From OCS116 cluster bacterium (GTDB taxonomy: Bacteria; Pseudomonadota; Alphaproteobacteria; Rhizobiales; OSC116): DNA of 28,443 nt. Numbering within the stretch: position 1 is the first letter of the stretch; each line of letters opens with the position of its first letter. Where the stretch lies: the NCBI GenBank assembly GCA_002402005.2, contig NVUS02000053.1:1-28443 (forward strand), in the 5' to 3' direction. A model generated the notes under the pieces. It was not told the origin of the DNA, searched no databases, and saw nothing but the letters and a program-made list of their open reading frames with translations. A program made the translations under genes and the position numbers. Positions 9,892-19,102 of this stretch are shown in pieces.

Positions 9892-10114
9892 AAAATGACT
9901 CGTCTACTTGAAATGGCTATTATTCATATAATTAAGTGGCAATAATAGGGCAATAATGTTTTAAGCAAAATGCGACATATTTTTATTAAAATCAATGATA
10001 AACAGTTTTTTGTGAAAATAAGTCGCATTTTTTTTGCTTTTTTGCTAATGAAAAGCAAGCGTACAGTCCGGTGCGCTTATATAAGGGGCTGGGTGAAACC
10101 ACAAGTTATAGATA

Positions 10115-10654
10115 ATGGTAAAATTTTTAGGCATATATTTCGGTCGTGAACGTCAAGAGAAACAGCGCGCCGATGCGCTTTATAATCATCTTGTTGCCGC
10201 TTCGCGCAATCCCACTCTTTATGGCAGCTCCGGCGCGCCCGATACCGCCAATGGCCGCTTTGAGCTTATCATTCTGCATATATTCCTACTGTTTCGCCGT
10301 ATGCAAGAAGACAATCAGCAAGTCAAATCCATCAAGCAAAAAACCTTCGATTGTTTCTTAGAAAATATGGATGTCAATTTACGCGAAATCGGTGTTGGGC
10401 CAGATGGTGTACCCAAACGCATTCAAAAAATGCTAGAGAATTTCTACGGCCGTGCCGGAGCCTATCAGGCCACAATAGATGATGGTGACGTGGATAAGAT
10501 GGCCGAGGCCATTGGCCGTAACTTTTATGCCGATGGCAAAGTCAATCAAGCCGGCGCACAACAAATCGCGCAATATGCATTTAACGCAGTTAAATTGCTA
10601 GACAATGCTTCAACCGATGATTTGTTGGCCTGCAATTTTAAATATTCGAATTAG
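10115..10654 (+). CDS. Ubiquinol-cytochrome c reductase chaperone (Cbp3/UQCC1 family)
   Basis: LYNHLVAASRNPTLY...PDTANGRFELIILH...MDVNLREIGVGPDGVPKRIQKM...FYGRA..Y pattern; conserved position before yceD-plsX. Confidence 0.9.
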   Translation: MVKFLGIYFGRERQEKQRADALYNHLVAASRNPTLYGSSGAPDTANGRFELIILHIFLLFRRMQEDNQQVKSIKQKTFDCFLENMDVNLREIGVGPDGVPKRIQKMLENFYGRAGAYQATIDDGDVDKMAEAIGRNFYADGKVNQAGAQQIAQYAFNAVKLLDNASTDDLLACNFKYSN

Positions 10655-10664
10655 GATTTATAAG

Positions 10665-11276
10665 ATGAAACAATATCATGTTAAAAATATGCAGCAGGTT
10701 TTTACGGTAGAAGATTTACCAAAAACCGGCTTTAAACTCAAATTAGAAGCTACGAAAGACGAGTGCAAAACGCTGGCCGAACAAATGAATGTCGAGCATG
10801 TCAACAGCTTCGCGGCTGAGCTGCTCATCAGTCAATGGCGGCGCGGCGGTGTGCATATCGAAGGCAATTTCACCACAACTCTCACCCAACAATGTGTCAT
10901 TTCACTTGATTCGTTTGAAACGTCGCTGGATGAGAAAATCGATCAAAAGTTTTTTGCCAGCACCAAAATACCTGAGTTGGGCGAAAAAAAAGAAGTCGAA
11001 ATGATTGATAATGACATGGATCCGCCCGAAGCTTTGGTAGATGGTCAGTTAAATATATTCGATTATTTGGCCGAAACCGTATTGTTGCAGCTCGATCCGT
11101 ATCCAAAAAAACCCGATAGTCAGCTTGAGTCTTTGGCCATTGAGGGCAAATTCGAGATCAATCAACCCAATATAGAAGATGATTTCACCACTGATGATGC
11201 GGCCGAACCCAAGCCCAAATCCAAAGCCACCCACAAGCCTTTTGCCGATCTCGCCAAATTGCTAAAAGACAAATAG
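10665..11276 (+). CDS. YceD/DUF177 family protein
   Basis: LEATKDEC..LA, LTQQCVISL, LQLDPYPKKP and C-terminal PFADLAKL motifs. Start moved to ATG 10665 (after AGGA) because the ORF-track start overlaps cbp3. Confidence 0.88.
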   Translation: MKQYHVKNMQQVFTVEDLPKTGFKLKLEATKDECKTLAEQMNVEHVNSFAAELLISQWRRGGVHIEGNFTTTLTQQCVISLDSFETSLDEKIDQKFFASTKIPELGEKKEVEMIDNDMDPPEALVDGQLNIFDYLAETVLLQLDPYPKKPDSQLESLAIEGKFEINQPNIEDDFTTDDAAEPKPKSKATHKPFADLAKLLKDK

Positions 11277-11408
11277 ACCATTTGTAATTTTAAATGCCAA
11301 CATCTTGAATGTATATGCATGGTGCATATGTATGTAAAAATGTTGCAAAAGCCTACAAAAAATATATCGTCAGAGGTTAGAACCGTTCTGACAGAAAATT
11401 GGACATAA

Positions 11409-12497
11409 ATGACCGAAAAAATTGTGATTGCATTGGATGTAATGAGCGGCGAGCAGGGCCCATCTGCTTGTTTAGATGGTGCAAATATATCATTGGGTCG
11501 TAATTCCAACCTGTTCTTTCACCTATATGGCGATCAGCAAATCATCGCGGATTGCTTAAAACAATTCCCCAATCTTGCCGCACAAAGCGAAACTCATCAC
11601 ACCGATTTTGTCGTGCCAATGGATATGAAACCCCGTCAAGCCTTGCGCCAAGGCCGCAAAGTCAGCTCTATGTGGCAGGCCATCAATAGTGTGCATGAAA
11701 ATGTTTCAGGCGGCGCCGTTTCAGCTGGCAATACCGGCGCGCTTATGGCCATGGCAACCTTTTGTTTGCGCACATTGCGCCGCATCGATCGTACCGCCAT
11801 TGCCGCCATTTGGCCAACCATAGATGGTGAAACCATTGTGCTGGATATGGGCGCTAACCTACATGTATCCTCACAAAACCTTGTCGATTTCGGCTTTATG
11901 GGCGCCGCCATGGCGCGGGTGGTTTTCAACATCAAAAGACCCCGTGTTGGCATTCTAAACATTGGCGAAGAAGAAATTAAAGGCAATGAAGATTTAAAAA
12001 CCGCGGCCGCTATATTGCGCGAGTCTGATATGCCACTCGAATATGTTGGCTTTGTCGAAGGCGATGGCATTTCCAAAGGCCATGCCGATGTGGTGGTCAC
12101 CGAGGGTTTTGCTGGCAACATTGCGCTTAAAACCGCCGAAGGCACCGCCCGTCAAGTGGTTACATTGCTTCGCGATGCTTTCAATAGCTCGTGGCGCGCT
12201 AAGCTCGGCTATCTGCTATTGGCTCCCGCACTCAAACCTTTTCGCAAAAAAATGGACCCCAACAATTCCAATGGTGGGGTGTTTTTGGGTTTGCGCGGCA
12301 TCGTGGTCAAATGCCATGGTTCGTCCGATAATCATGGCTATGCCCATGCGATAGACCTCACGGCAGCCATGATTAAAAACAATCTGGTCAATGAAATCCG
12401 TAAGGATTTGGATGTTTTCTATAAAGATCAAGATGAAGATCTGCTAGCAAAGCCTGAAATTAAGCAAGATAAGACAGAAAGTAAGGACAAATCATGA
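11409..12497 (+). CDS. plsX: Phosphate acyltransferase PlsX
   Basis: [80 protein letters not shown]; ATGA overlap with fabH. Confidence 0.96.
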   Translation: MTEKIVIALDVMSGEQGPSACLDGANISLGRNSNLFFHLYGDQQIIADCLKQFPNLAAQSETHHTDFVVPMDMKPRQALRQGRKVSSMWQAINSVHENVSGGAVSAGNTGALMAMATFCLRTLRRIDRTAIAAIWPTIDGETIVLDMGANLHVSSQNLVDFGFMGAAMARVVFNIKRPRVGILNIGEEEIKGNEDLKTAAAILRESDMPLEYVGFVEGDGISKGHADVVVTEGFAGNIALKTAEGTARQVVTLLRDAFNSSWRAKLGYLLLAPALKPFRKKMDPNNSNGGVFLGLRGIVVKCHGSSDNHGYAHAIDLTAAMIKNNLVNEIRKDLDVFYKDQDEDLLAKPEIKQDKTESKDKS

Positions 12498-13468
12498 GTA
12501 AGCTACGCTCAGTCATCATCGGCTCTGGCAGCTATTTGCCACCCAATATTGTCACCAATGAAGATTTGGCCAAAACCGTCGACACTACTGATGAGTGGAT
12601 TTTCTCACGCTCCGGCATAAAACAACGCCACATTGCCGATAAGGACATGATGACCTCCGATTTGGCCACCGAAGCGGCCAAAGATGCACTCAAAAATGCC
12701 GGCATTGATGCCAGCGAGATCGACCTGATCGTATTGGCAACTGCCACCCCCAACCGCACATTCCCCGCCACCGCCATCACAGTGCAAGCCAATCTGGGCA
12801 TCACTCAAGGCTGCGCGTTCGATGTGCAAGCGGTGTGCTCAGGCTTTGTCTACGCACTCACCGTTGCCGACAATATGCTGCAAGCTGGCAATTTCAAAAA
12901 AGCCTTGGTCATTGGGGCCGAAACTTTCTCCCGCATTATCGATTGGACGGACCGCACAACTTGTGTCTTGTTTGCCGATGGGGCAGGGGCTGTGGTGCTC
13001 GAAACACAACAGGGCGAAGGCACAATTGCCGATCGCGGTATTTTATATTCACATTTGCGTTCCGATGGTCGTTATGAAGACATGTTATATGTCGATGGTG
13101 GGCCAAGCCAAGGCTCACCCGGCTTTGTCAAAATGTCCGGCAATGAAGTGTTCAAACACGCGGTTAAAAAAATCGGCGCGTCTATCGAACAAGCTCTGGT
13201 CGATAATAACCTGACAGCCGATGACATTGACTGGTTTGTGCCCCATCAAGCCAATAAACGTATTTTAGACGCCGTCGCCAAACGCATTAAGCTAGATGAA
13301 GCCAAAGTCGTGGTCACGGTCGATAAGCATGCCAACACCTCAGCAGCCTCAATTCCATTGGCTTTGCACGAAGCGGTCAAAGATGGCCGGGTGAAAAAAG
13401 GCGACCTTATTTTGATCGAAGCTTTGGGCGGAGGTTTTACATGGGGCAGCATGTTATTTAGGTGGTAA
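12494..13468 (+). CDS. fabH: Beta-ketoacyl-ACP synthase III
   Basis: Catalytic triad contexts [19 protein letters not shown] and [10 protein letters not shown]; C-terminal GGGFTWG. Confidence 0.97.
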   Translation: MSKLRSVIIGSGSYLPPNIVTNEDLAKTVDTTDEWIFSRSGIKQRHIADKDMMTSDLATEAAKDALKNAGIDASEIDLIVLATATPNRTFPATAITVQANLGITQGCAFDVQAVCSGFVYALTVADNMLQAGNFKKALVIGAETFSRIIDWTDRTTCVLFADGAGAVVLETQQGEGTIADRGILYSHLRSDGRYEDMLYVDGGPSQGSPGFVKMSGNEVFKHAVKKIGASIEQALVDNNLTADDIDWFVPHQANKRILDAVAKRIKLDEAKVVVTVDKHANTSAASIPLALHEAVKDGRVKKGDLILIEALGGGFTWGSMLFRW

Positions 13469-13556
13469 ATATTTTTTATTTGTAATATTTAATATTTAGC
13501 AATAATATCAGGCTACCATGTTAGTGATTACTTGTTTTGCGTGTTATTATAAATTA

Positions 13557-13569
13557 TATATTATTGATT
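13557..13569 (-). promoter_or_regulatory. Possible IHF site upstream of ihfA (autoregulation)
   Basis: Minus strand AATCAA-TAAT-ATA versus the consensus WATCAA-N4-TTR (one mismatch). The DNA is AT-rich, so chance is plausible. Confidence 0.3.
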
Positions 13570-13591
13570 TTAAAGGTAAATAGGAGGGAAT

Positions 13592-13891
13592 ATGCCGGAT
13601 AAAACGTTAACAAGAGCTGATTTGAGCGAAGCAATATACCAAGAAATTGGTCTGTCTCGCAGCGAATCTTCGCAATTGGTAGAAACAGTTATAGATGAGA
13701 TTTGTACAACTTTATCGCAGGGTGAAGCTGTCAAAATTTCTTCTTTTGGCAATTTTTTAGTCAGACAGAAGAAAGAGCGCATTGGTCGCAACCCCAAAAC
13801 GGGTGTTGAAGTGCCAATCACGGCTCGCCAAGTCGTCGTGTTTCATGCCAGCCATGTCCTTAAAGATAAAGTGGACCAAGCTCACAAATAA
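13592..13891 (+). CDS. ihfA: Integration host factor subunit alpha
   Basis: [21 protein letters not shown]...[26 protein letters not shown]; strong SD AGGAGG. Confidence 0.97.
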   Translation: MPDKTLTRADLSEAIYQEIGLSRSESSQLVETVIDEICTTLSQGEAVKISSFGNFLVRQKKERIGRNPKTGVEVPITARQVVVFHASHVLKDKVDQAHK

Positions 13892-13984
13892 ATAAGAACA
13901 AAATCGTTAGACGAATTGGGAAGATAGCAGCTATTTATTTTATGCTATCTTTGACGAATATTTTGCGTCTAATCCCGCTCAGGG

Positions 13985-14013
13985 TTGAAAGAAACTCGGG
14001 CATATTATATATA
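13985..14013 (+). promoter_or_regulatory. Putative sigma70 promoter for the MerR-family gene
   Basis: TTGAAA (13985-13990), 17-bp spacer, TATATA (14008-14013), about 20 nt upstream of ATG 14035. Confidence 0.55.
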
Positions 14014-14034
14014 AATTTAAAAAAGTGTAATTTA

Positions 14035-14571
14035 ATGGAAAAATCTGCAAATGCTTTTCGCACCATAAGCGAAGCCGCGACTGAACTCGACGTACCTCAA
14101 CATGTGTTGCGGTTTTGGGAAACAAAATTCAAACAAATCAAACCGATGAAACGTGGTGGCGGTCGCCGGTTTTACCGTCCGCAAGATGTTAATCTTATCA
14201 AAGGCATAAAGTATTTTCTTTACGGCCAAGGCTATACAATCAAAGGCGTACAAAAAATATTGGCATCAAAAGGCGTGGTTTACACCGCCAATGTATGGCG
14301 CGAGGCCGAAGCTCCGGTTGCCAGTGCCGAAATTCACAATATCGATCTGCCGGATAATTTGGTGGCGGCTCACCAAAGCAACAAAGCTGCCAACCCATCA
14401 CCATCAGATTTTGTCAATCAATCCAACCCCATTTCATATGTCTCACCACCCGCTTCTCAAGTTGATGATAGCGCCGTGCAAGAGCGCATTATGATGGAAA
14501 AAAATGCCAAAATTAAAAGCATTTTGGCCGAATTGGGCGAGATTAAGCAAATCATCAAATCGGCAAAATAG
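14035..14571 (+). CDS. MerR-family HTH regulator conserved downstream of ihfA
   Basis: [49 protein letters not shown]...[11 protein letters not shown]. Start set at ATG 14035 by family N-terminus. Confidence 0.92.
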   Translation: MEKSANAFRTISEAATELDVPQHVLRFWETKFKQIKPMKRGGGRRFYRPQDVNLIKGIKYFLYGQGYTIKGVQKILASKGVVYTANVWREAEAPVASAEIHNIDLPDNLVAAHQSNKAANPSPSDFVNQSNPISYVSPPASQVDDSAVQERIMMEKNAKIKSILAELGEIKQIIKSAK

Positions 14572-14600
14572 TTTCACGCCGTCAACATTACAAATTACAG

Positions 14601-14634
14601 TGCATTTAATCCTGAATTAAATGCATTTATTTCT
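14601..14634 (+). terminator. Rho-independent terminator after the MerR-family gene
   Basis: TGCATTTAAT-cctga-ATTAAATGCA, 10-bp perfect stem followed by TTTATTTCT. Confidence 0.65.
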
Positions 14635-14661
14635 TGTGCTTTGCAATTATACTGTTATAAA
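14633..14661 (+). promoter_or_regulatory. Putative rpsB promoter
   Basis: CTTGTG-N17-TATAAA directly upstream of the S2 leader; resembles the rhizobial CTTGAC-N17-CTATAT consensus. Confidence 0.5.
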
Positions 14662-14667
14662 GCGCAC

Positions 14668-14747
14668 ATCACACACGCAGATATCAAAAGGGTACAAGCG
14701 ACCCTTCCGGTGACATTGGTTCACAATCTGCGGAGGTTAAACCGGAA
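14668..14747 (+). ncRNA. rpsB 5' leader (t44 / S2 autoregulatory RNA)
   Basis: Same architecture as the E. coli leader: ACACAC start, CGCAGA (14676-81)/TCTGCG (14727-32) basal stem running into GGAGG, inner hairpin AAGGGT/ACCCTT, and TTCCGGT (14705-11)/ACCGGAA (14741-47) pseudoknot-type pairing. Confidence 0.85.
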
Positions 14748-14763
14748 AAACAGGAGTATACGC

Positions 14764-15849
14764 ATGGCGTTACCAGATTTCACAATGCGCCAGCTTTTAG
14801 AAGCTGGCATTCACTTTGGCCATCAAAAATCCCGCTGGAATCCTAAAATGGACCAGTATATTTTTGGCACACGCAACAAAATCCACATCATGGATCTTTC
14901 AAAAACCGTTCCTTTGCTGCATCAAGCATTGGTAGCTGTACGTGACGTTGTTGCTGGTGGTGGTCGTGTTCTTTTTGTTGGCACAAAACGCCAAGCATCA
15001 GACCCAATTAAAGCCGCTGCTCAAAGCTGTGCTCAATATTACATCAACCATCGTTGGTTGGGTGGCGCGTTAACGAACTGGAACACAGTTTCTAATTCAA
15101 TCAAACGCCTAAACGAGCTAAACAAAATTCTTGAAAGCGATGCCCACGGCCTCACTAAAAAAGAATTGCTTAAAATGACTCGCGAACAAAATAAACTTGA
15201 TCGCGCCATTGGTGGCATTAAAGATATGGGCGGCATTCCGAACCTTATCTTCATCATCGATACAAATAAAGAATCATTGGCAGTTGCCGAAGCTAGAAAA
15301 TTGGGCATTCCAGTGGTTGCGGTTTTGGATTCAAACTCAAACCCAGATGACATTGATTTCCCAATCCCAGGTAATGATGATGCGTCACGTGCCATCGAAC
15401 TTTATTGCGATCTAATCGCTCGTGCCGCTTTGGATGGCATTTCACAAGCTCATGGCGATGCTGGTTTCGATCTTGGCGAGGGCGCTGACCTTCCAGAAGA
15501 TATTGTAGCCGAAGTTGAAGCCGCTACAGATGCTGAAATTGAAGCACCTGTTGCTGCTGTTGAAGTCGCTCCAAAAGCCGAAGCTGCTCCTAAAGCTGAA
15601 GAAGCTCCAAAAGCTGAAGAAGCTCCAAAAGCTGAAGCTGCTGCATCTACTGGTGATGATGATCTGAAAGAACTTTCAGGCGTTGGCCCAGCTCTAGAGA
15701 AAAAATTGCACGCTGCTGGCGTAACAACTTTTGCTCAAATCGCTGCTTGGAACGATGCTGAAGTCGAAGAATTTGGCGAAAAGCTTTCTTTCAAAGGTCG
15801 TATCGAGCGCGAAGGCTGGATCGATCAAGCTAAAAAATTAGCAAAATAA
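14764..15849 (+). CDS. rpsB: 30S ribosomal protein S2 with C-terminal acidic linker and helix-hairpin-helix domain
   Basis: [27 protein letters not shown]...[10 protein letters not shown]...[10 protein letters not shown]...PIPGNDDA; extra C-terminal [17 protein letters not shown]...[13 protein letters not shown] domain. SD AGGAG at 14752-56. Confidence 0.98.
   Translation: MALPDFTMRQLLEAGIHFGHQKSRWNPKMDQYIFGTRNKIHIMDLSKTVPLLHQALVAVRDVVAGGGRVLFVGTKRQASDPIKAAAQSCAQYYINHRWLGGALTNWNTVSNSIKRLNELNKILESDAHGLTKKELLKMTREQNKLDRAIGGIKDMGGIPNLIFIIDTNKESLAVAEARKLGIPVVAVLDSNSNPDDIDFPIPGNDDASRAIELYCDLIARAALDGISQAHGDAGFDLGEGADLPEDIVAEVEAATDAEIEAPVAAVEVAPKAEAAPKAEEAPKAEEAPKAEAAASTGDDDLKELSGVGPALEKKLHAAGVTTFAQIAAWNDAEVEEFGEKLSFKGRIEREGWIDQAKKLAK
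15568..15639 (+). repeat. Four 18-bp tandem repeats (GCTCCWAAAGCYGAAGMW) encoding [12 protein letters not shown] in the S2 linker
   Basis: Units at 15568, 15586, 15604 and 15622 read directly. Confidence 0.93.
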
Positions 15850-15858
15850 ATTAAATTG

Positions 15859-15933
15859 GCGTGTCATATATAAGACACGCGAATTGCTTAAAATCATTTT
15901 AAATTTAGCAACCATTCTAACGAGTGGTTGCTA
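15859..15933 (+). terminator. Two hairpins between rpsB and tsf (attenuator or mRNA stabiliser candidates)
   Basis: GCGTGTC-atatataa-GACACGC (15859-15880) and TAGCAACCATTC-taac-GAGTGGTTGCTA (15906-15933, one GU pair). Neither has a strong U-tract. Confidence 0.5.
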
Positions 15934-15956
15934 TTCTAACAGATAGGCTAAGAAAA

Positions 15957-16886
15957 ATGGCTATTACTGCAAGTATGGTAAAAGAATTACGCGCATCTAC
16001 TGGCGTCGGCATGATGGATTGTAAAACAGCGCTTAAAGAAACTGATGGCGACATGGAAGCGGCTGTAGATTGGTTACGCAAAAAAGGTTTGGCCAAAGCG
16101 GCTAAAAAAGCTGGCCGTGTGGCTGCTGAAGGCCTTGTGGCTGTTAAATCTTCTGGCACAGCCGCGGTTGTGGTCGAAGTTAACTCAGAAACAGACTTTG
16201 TTGCTCTAAACCCAGAATTCCAAAAATTGGCTGCCAATGTTGCTGACATCGCACTTGCCAATAATGGTGACGACGCAGCCATTAAAGCTGCCGCATACCT
16301 AGATTCAGGCAAAACAGTTGAAGAGTTTATCACCGCTTTGGTGGCTTCAATTGGCGAAAACCTTTCCTTCCGCCGTGCCACTGCACTGAGCGTTGACAAT
16401 GGCGTTGTGGCAACTTATGTACATAACTCAGTTGTTGCTGGCGTTGCTGGTAAATTGGGCGTTTTGGTGGCTTTGGAATCAACCGGTGATGCCGATAAAT
16501 TAAATGCATTGGGCAAACAAATCGCCATGCATATCGCCGCCACAAACCCAGCTTCATTGGATATATCTGATCTAGACCCAGCGGTTGTTGAACGTGAGAA
16601 AAACGTACTTGTCGAAACCGCTAGAGCTTCTGGCAAACCAGACAATATCATCGAAAAAATGATCGAAGGTCGTATGCGCAAATACTACCAAGAGGTTGTT
16701 CTACTTCAACAAACTTTCGTTATTGACGGCGAAAATACGGTTGAGAAAGCCATTCAAATCGCTGCCAAAGACATTGGCGCTGATGTGAAACTAACCGGTT
16801 TCGTACGTATGGAACTTGGTGCCGGCATCGAGAAAAAAGAAGAAGATTTTGCCGCTGAAGTTGCCGCCGCAACCGGTCAAGCTTAA
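15957..16886 (+). CDS. tsf: Elongation factor Ts
   Basis: [25 protein letters not shown]...LRKKG...[10 protein letters not shown]...IAMHIAA..P. True start is ATG 15957. Confidence 0.98.
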   Translation: MAITASMVKELRASTGVGMMDCKTALKETDGDMEAAVDWLRKKGLAKAAKKAGRVAAEGLVAVKSSGTAAVVVEVNSETDFVALNPEFQKLAANVADIALANNGDDAAIKAAAYLDSGKTVEEFITALVASIGENLSFRRATALSVDNGVVATYVHNSVVAGVAGKLGVLVALESTGDADKLNALGKQIAMHIAATNPASLDISDLDPAVVEREKNVLVETARASGKPDNIIEKMIEGRMRKYYQEVVLLQQTFVIDGENTVEKAIQIAAKDIGADVKLTGFVRMELGAGIEKKEEDFAAEVAAATGQA

Positions 16887-16915
16887 TCTTTAACGAAGAT
16901 TGAATTTATAATTTG

Positions 16916-16951
16916 AAAAGTCGATATCACACATGTGATGTCGGCTTTTTT
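16916..16951 (+). terminator. Rho-independent terminator after tsf
   Basis: AAAAGTCGATATCAC-acat-GTGATGTCGGCTTTT stem (two GU pairs) followed by a T-tract. Confidence 0.85.
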
Positions 16952-16994
16952 ATGTTAAGCTCCCTTAGTTTTAATATCATAGTGAGTCGCGTCC

Positions 16995-17759
16995 ATGTCA
17001 GAATCCGAAATCCTCAACAAACGTATCGTCAATCCAGATCTTAAATATAAGCGTATTCTGCTTAAATTATCCGGCGAAGCGTTGATGGGTGATCAGGAAT
17101 TCGGCATTGATATGGCGTTTGTCGATAAAATTGCCGCCGAAATCAAACAGGCTTGGAGCCAAGGTGCCGAGATTTGCTTGGTCATTGGCGGCGGTAATAT
17201 TTTTCGCGGCATTTCGGGCGCAGCCCAAGGTATGAACCGCTCTAGTGCCGATTATATGGGCATGTTGGCCACCGTTATGAACGCTTTGGCCATGGCCAAT
17301 GCACTCGAAGAGCTTAGTGTGCCAACCCGTGTTTTGTCAGCCATCCCCATGCCAACCGTTTGCGAGCCATTCGTTGGCCCACGCGCCCGGGCACATCTGG
17401 GCAAAGGCCGTGTGGTTATTTTTGCTGCCGGTACAGGCAATCCATTTTTCACCACCGACACCGGTGCAGCGCTCAGAGCCGCCGAAATGGGCTGCGAAGC
17501 TTTGCTAAAAGGCACCCAAGTTGATGGCGTTTATGACAGCGATCCCAATAAAAACCCCAATGCTAAAAAATACAAACAGGTCAGCTTTACCGATGTTTTG
17601 GCCAAAGATTTAAAAGTTATGGATGCCGCCGCCATCGCCTTGGCGCGCGATAATGACATCCCCATCATCGTCTATTCAATGACCAGCGAAAAAGGTTTGA
17701 TGGGTATATTGAAAGGCGAAGGCAGTTTTACCATTGTCAATAGCGGCAAAACATCTTAA
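16995..17759 (+). CDS. pyrH: UMP kinase
   Basis: [56 protein letters not shown]. Confidence 0.98.
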   Translation: MSESEILNKRIVNPDLKYKRILLKLSGEALMGDQEFGIDMAFVDKIAAEIKQAWSQGAEICLVIGGGNIFRGISGAAQGMNRSSADYMGMLATVMNALAMANALEELSVPTRVLSAIPMPTVCEPFVGPRARAHLGKGRVVIFAAGTGNPFFTTDTGAALRAAEMGCEALLKGTQVDGVYDSDPNKNPNAKKYKQVSFTDVLAKDLKVMDAAAIALARDNDIPIIVYSMTSEKGLMGILKGEGSFTIVNSGKTS

Positions 17760-17798
17760 TGTTTAAACAATTGAATAACCTTTATAAATGAGAATATT

Positions 17799-18356
17799 AT
17801 GTCTGCATTAGATCTTAAAGATATTGAACGCCGCATGGAAGGCGCCATTGCGAATTTGAAAAACGAATTTTCTGGTTTGCGCACCGGCCGTGCCTCAATC
17901 GCCATGCTCGATCCGGTCATCGTTTCCGCTTATGGTGCAGATATGCCGCTTAACCAAGTGGCCAGTGTCAGCGTGCCCGAATCGCGTATGCTGTCAGTGT
18001 CTGTGTGGGATTCAGGTCTGGTTAACGCCACCGACAAAGCCATCCGCGATGCCGGCCTAGGCCTTAACCCCATTGTCGATGGCAATAATTTGCGCATTCC
18101 CATTCCAGAGTTGAACGAAGAGCGCCGTAAAGATATGACCAAAATTGCCGCTAAATATTCCGAATCGTGCCGCATCGCAATCCGCAATGTCCGCCGCGAT
18201 GGTATGGAAATCCTTAAAAAAGCCGAAAAAGATAGCGAAATCTCACAAGATGAGCAGCATGACAAAGGCGACCAAGTGCAAACGTTGACTGATACTTATA
18301 TCAAACATGTTGATGATGCACTTAAAACTAAAGACGCCGAAATCATGCAAGTTTAA
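17799..18356 (+). CDS. frr: Ribosome recycling factor
   Basis: LRTGRAS..MLD.V.V.AYG...[31 protein letters not shown]. Confidence 0.98.
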   Translation: MSALDLKDIERRMEGAIANLKNEFSGLRTGRASIAMLDPVIVSAYGADMPLNQVASVSVPESRMLSVSVWDSGLVNATDKAIRDAGLGLNPIVDGNNLRIPIPELNEERRKDMTKIAAKYSESCRIAIRNVRRDGMEILKKAEKDSEISQDEQHDKGDQVQTLTDTYIKHVDDALKTKDAEIMQV

Positions 18357-18386
18357 TCAAAATCTAAACCATAAGACGAGCTATAT

Positions 18387-19094
18387 ATGTCAACTGCCGA
18401 TCAATTCACCGATTTAAAGACCCGCCTTATTTCAGCTGTTATTTTGTCTGTTGCGGCTTTTCTGTGTATTTATTTCGGTTCAATATTCATGTTGCTCATG
18501 GTGGCTGCATTTTGTTATATTGGCATGAAAGAATGGATGGATTTACCCAAGAGCCGCAAATATCCACCCCAAACCAAGCGCAAATGGTTTGGCTATGGTC
18601 TGCTTTATGTCGGCTGGGCTTGCTTAGCATTATTGCTCATCCGCTTTTCAGATGATCTGGGTTATGCCGCCACCATATGGTTGATCACCATCACCATTGG
18701 CACCGATGTTGGCGCTTATTTTGCTGGCCGCTTCATTGGCGGAGCCAAAGTCGCTCCGAGCATCAGCCCCAATAAAACTTGGGCAGGCGTCGGCGGCGGC
18801 ATTGTCGGCGGCATCATCCTCAGTAGCATTTTTCTATCCTTAGCCAACGTGCCAGTTAACAGCTCCATCATTAAGCTGGTCATCATCTTTTCACTCATTA
18901 GCCAATGTGGTGATTTTTTCGAAAGCTACGTCAAACGGCGCTTTTCGGTCAAAGACACCGGCTCATTCTTACCCGGACATGGCGGTATATTAGACCGTAT
19001 GGATGGCCAAATATTCTTGCTCATTGCAGCGGCTACCTTTGCATTCATCATTGGCCCGATGGATCAAATGGCCACTAGCTTGCTTGTCTGGTAG
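18387..19094 (+). CDS. cdsA: Phosphatidate cytidylyltransferase
   Basis: DLKTRLISAVIL, TDVGAYFAGRFIGG, SPNKTWAG, SQCGDFFESYVKRRFSVKDTGSFLPGHGGILDRMDG. Confidence 0.95.
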   Translation: MSTADQFTDLKTRLISAVILSVAAFLCIYFGSIFMLLMVAAFCYIGMKEWMDLPKSRKYPPQTKRKWFGYGLLYVGWACLALLLIRFSDDLGYAATIWLITITIGTDVGAYFAGRFIGGAKVAPSISPNKTWAGVGGGIVGGIILSSIFLSLANVPVNSSIIKLVIIFSLISQCGDFFESYVKRRFSVKDTGSFLPGHGGILDRMDGQIFLLIAAATFAFIIGPMDQMATSLLVW

Positions 19095-19102
19095 CGCATA
19101 AA

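Noticed and set aside
10062-10098. FMN-riboswitch-like words TACAGTCCGG and GGGGCTGGGTGAAA upstream of cbp3
   Set aside because: They occur in reversed order only 13 nt apart, and the other RFN elements are absent; most likely chance.
11277-11408. No rpmF between yceD and plsX; two small hairpins (11309-11333, 11369-11392)
   Set aside because: rpmF is normally elsewhere in Rhizobiales, so this is not a loss. The hairpins are weak and unassignable.
14572-14667. Possible tRNA-Pro after the MerR-family gene, as in many Alphaproteobacteria
   Set aside because: No cloverleaf or TTCGA T-loop; the region holds a terminator and the rpsB promoter. It is simply a rearrangement junction.
14641-14763. 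ORF-track N-terminal extensions of RpsB (and similarly MerR, Tsf, GltA, YceD)
   Set aside because: They overlap leaders or promoters and lack an SD, while downstream ATGs match the family N-termini. GlyA differs in having no alternative start.
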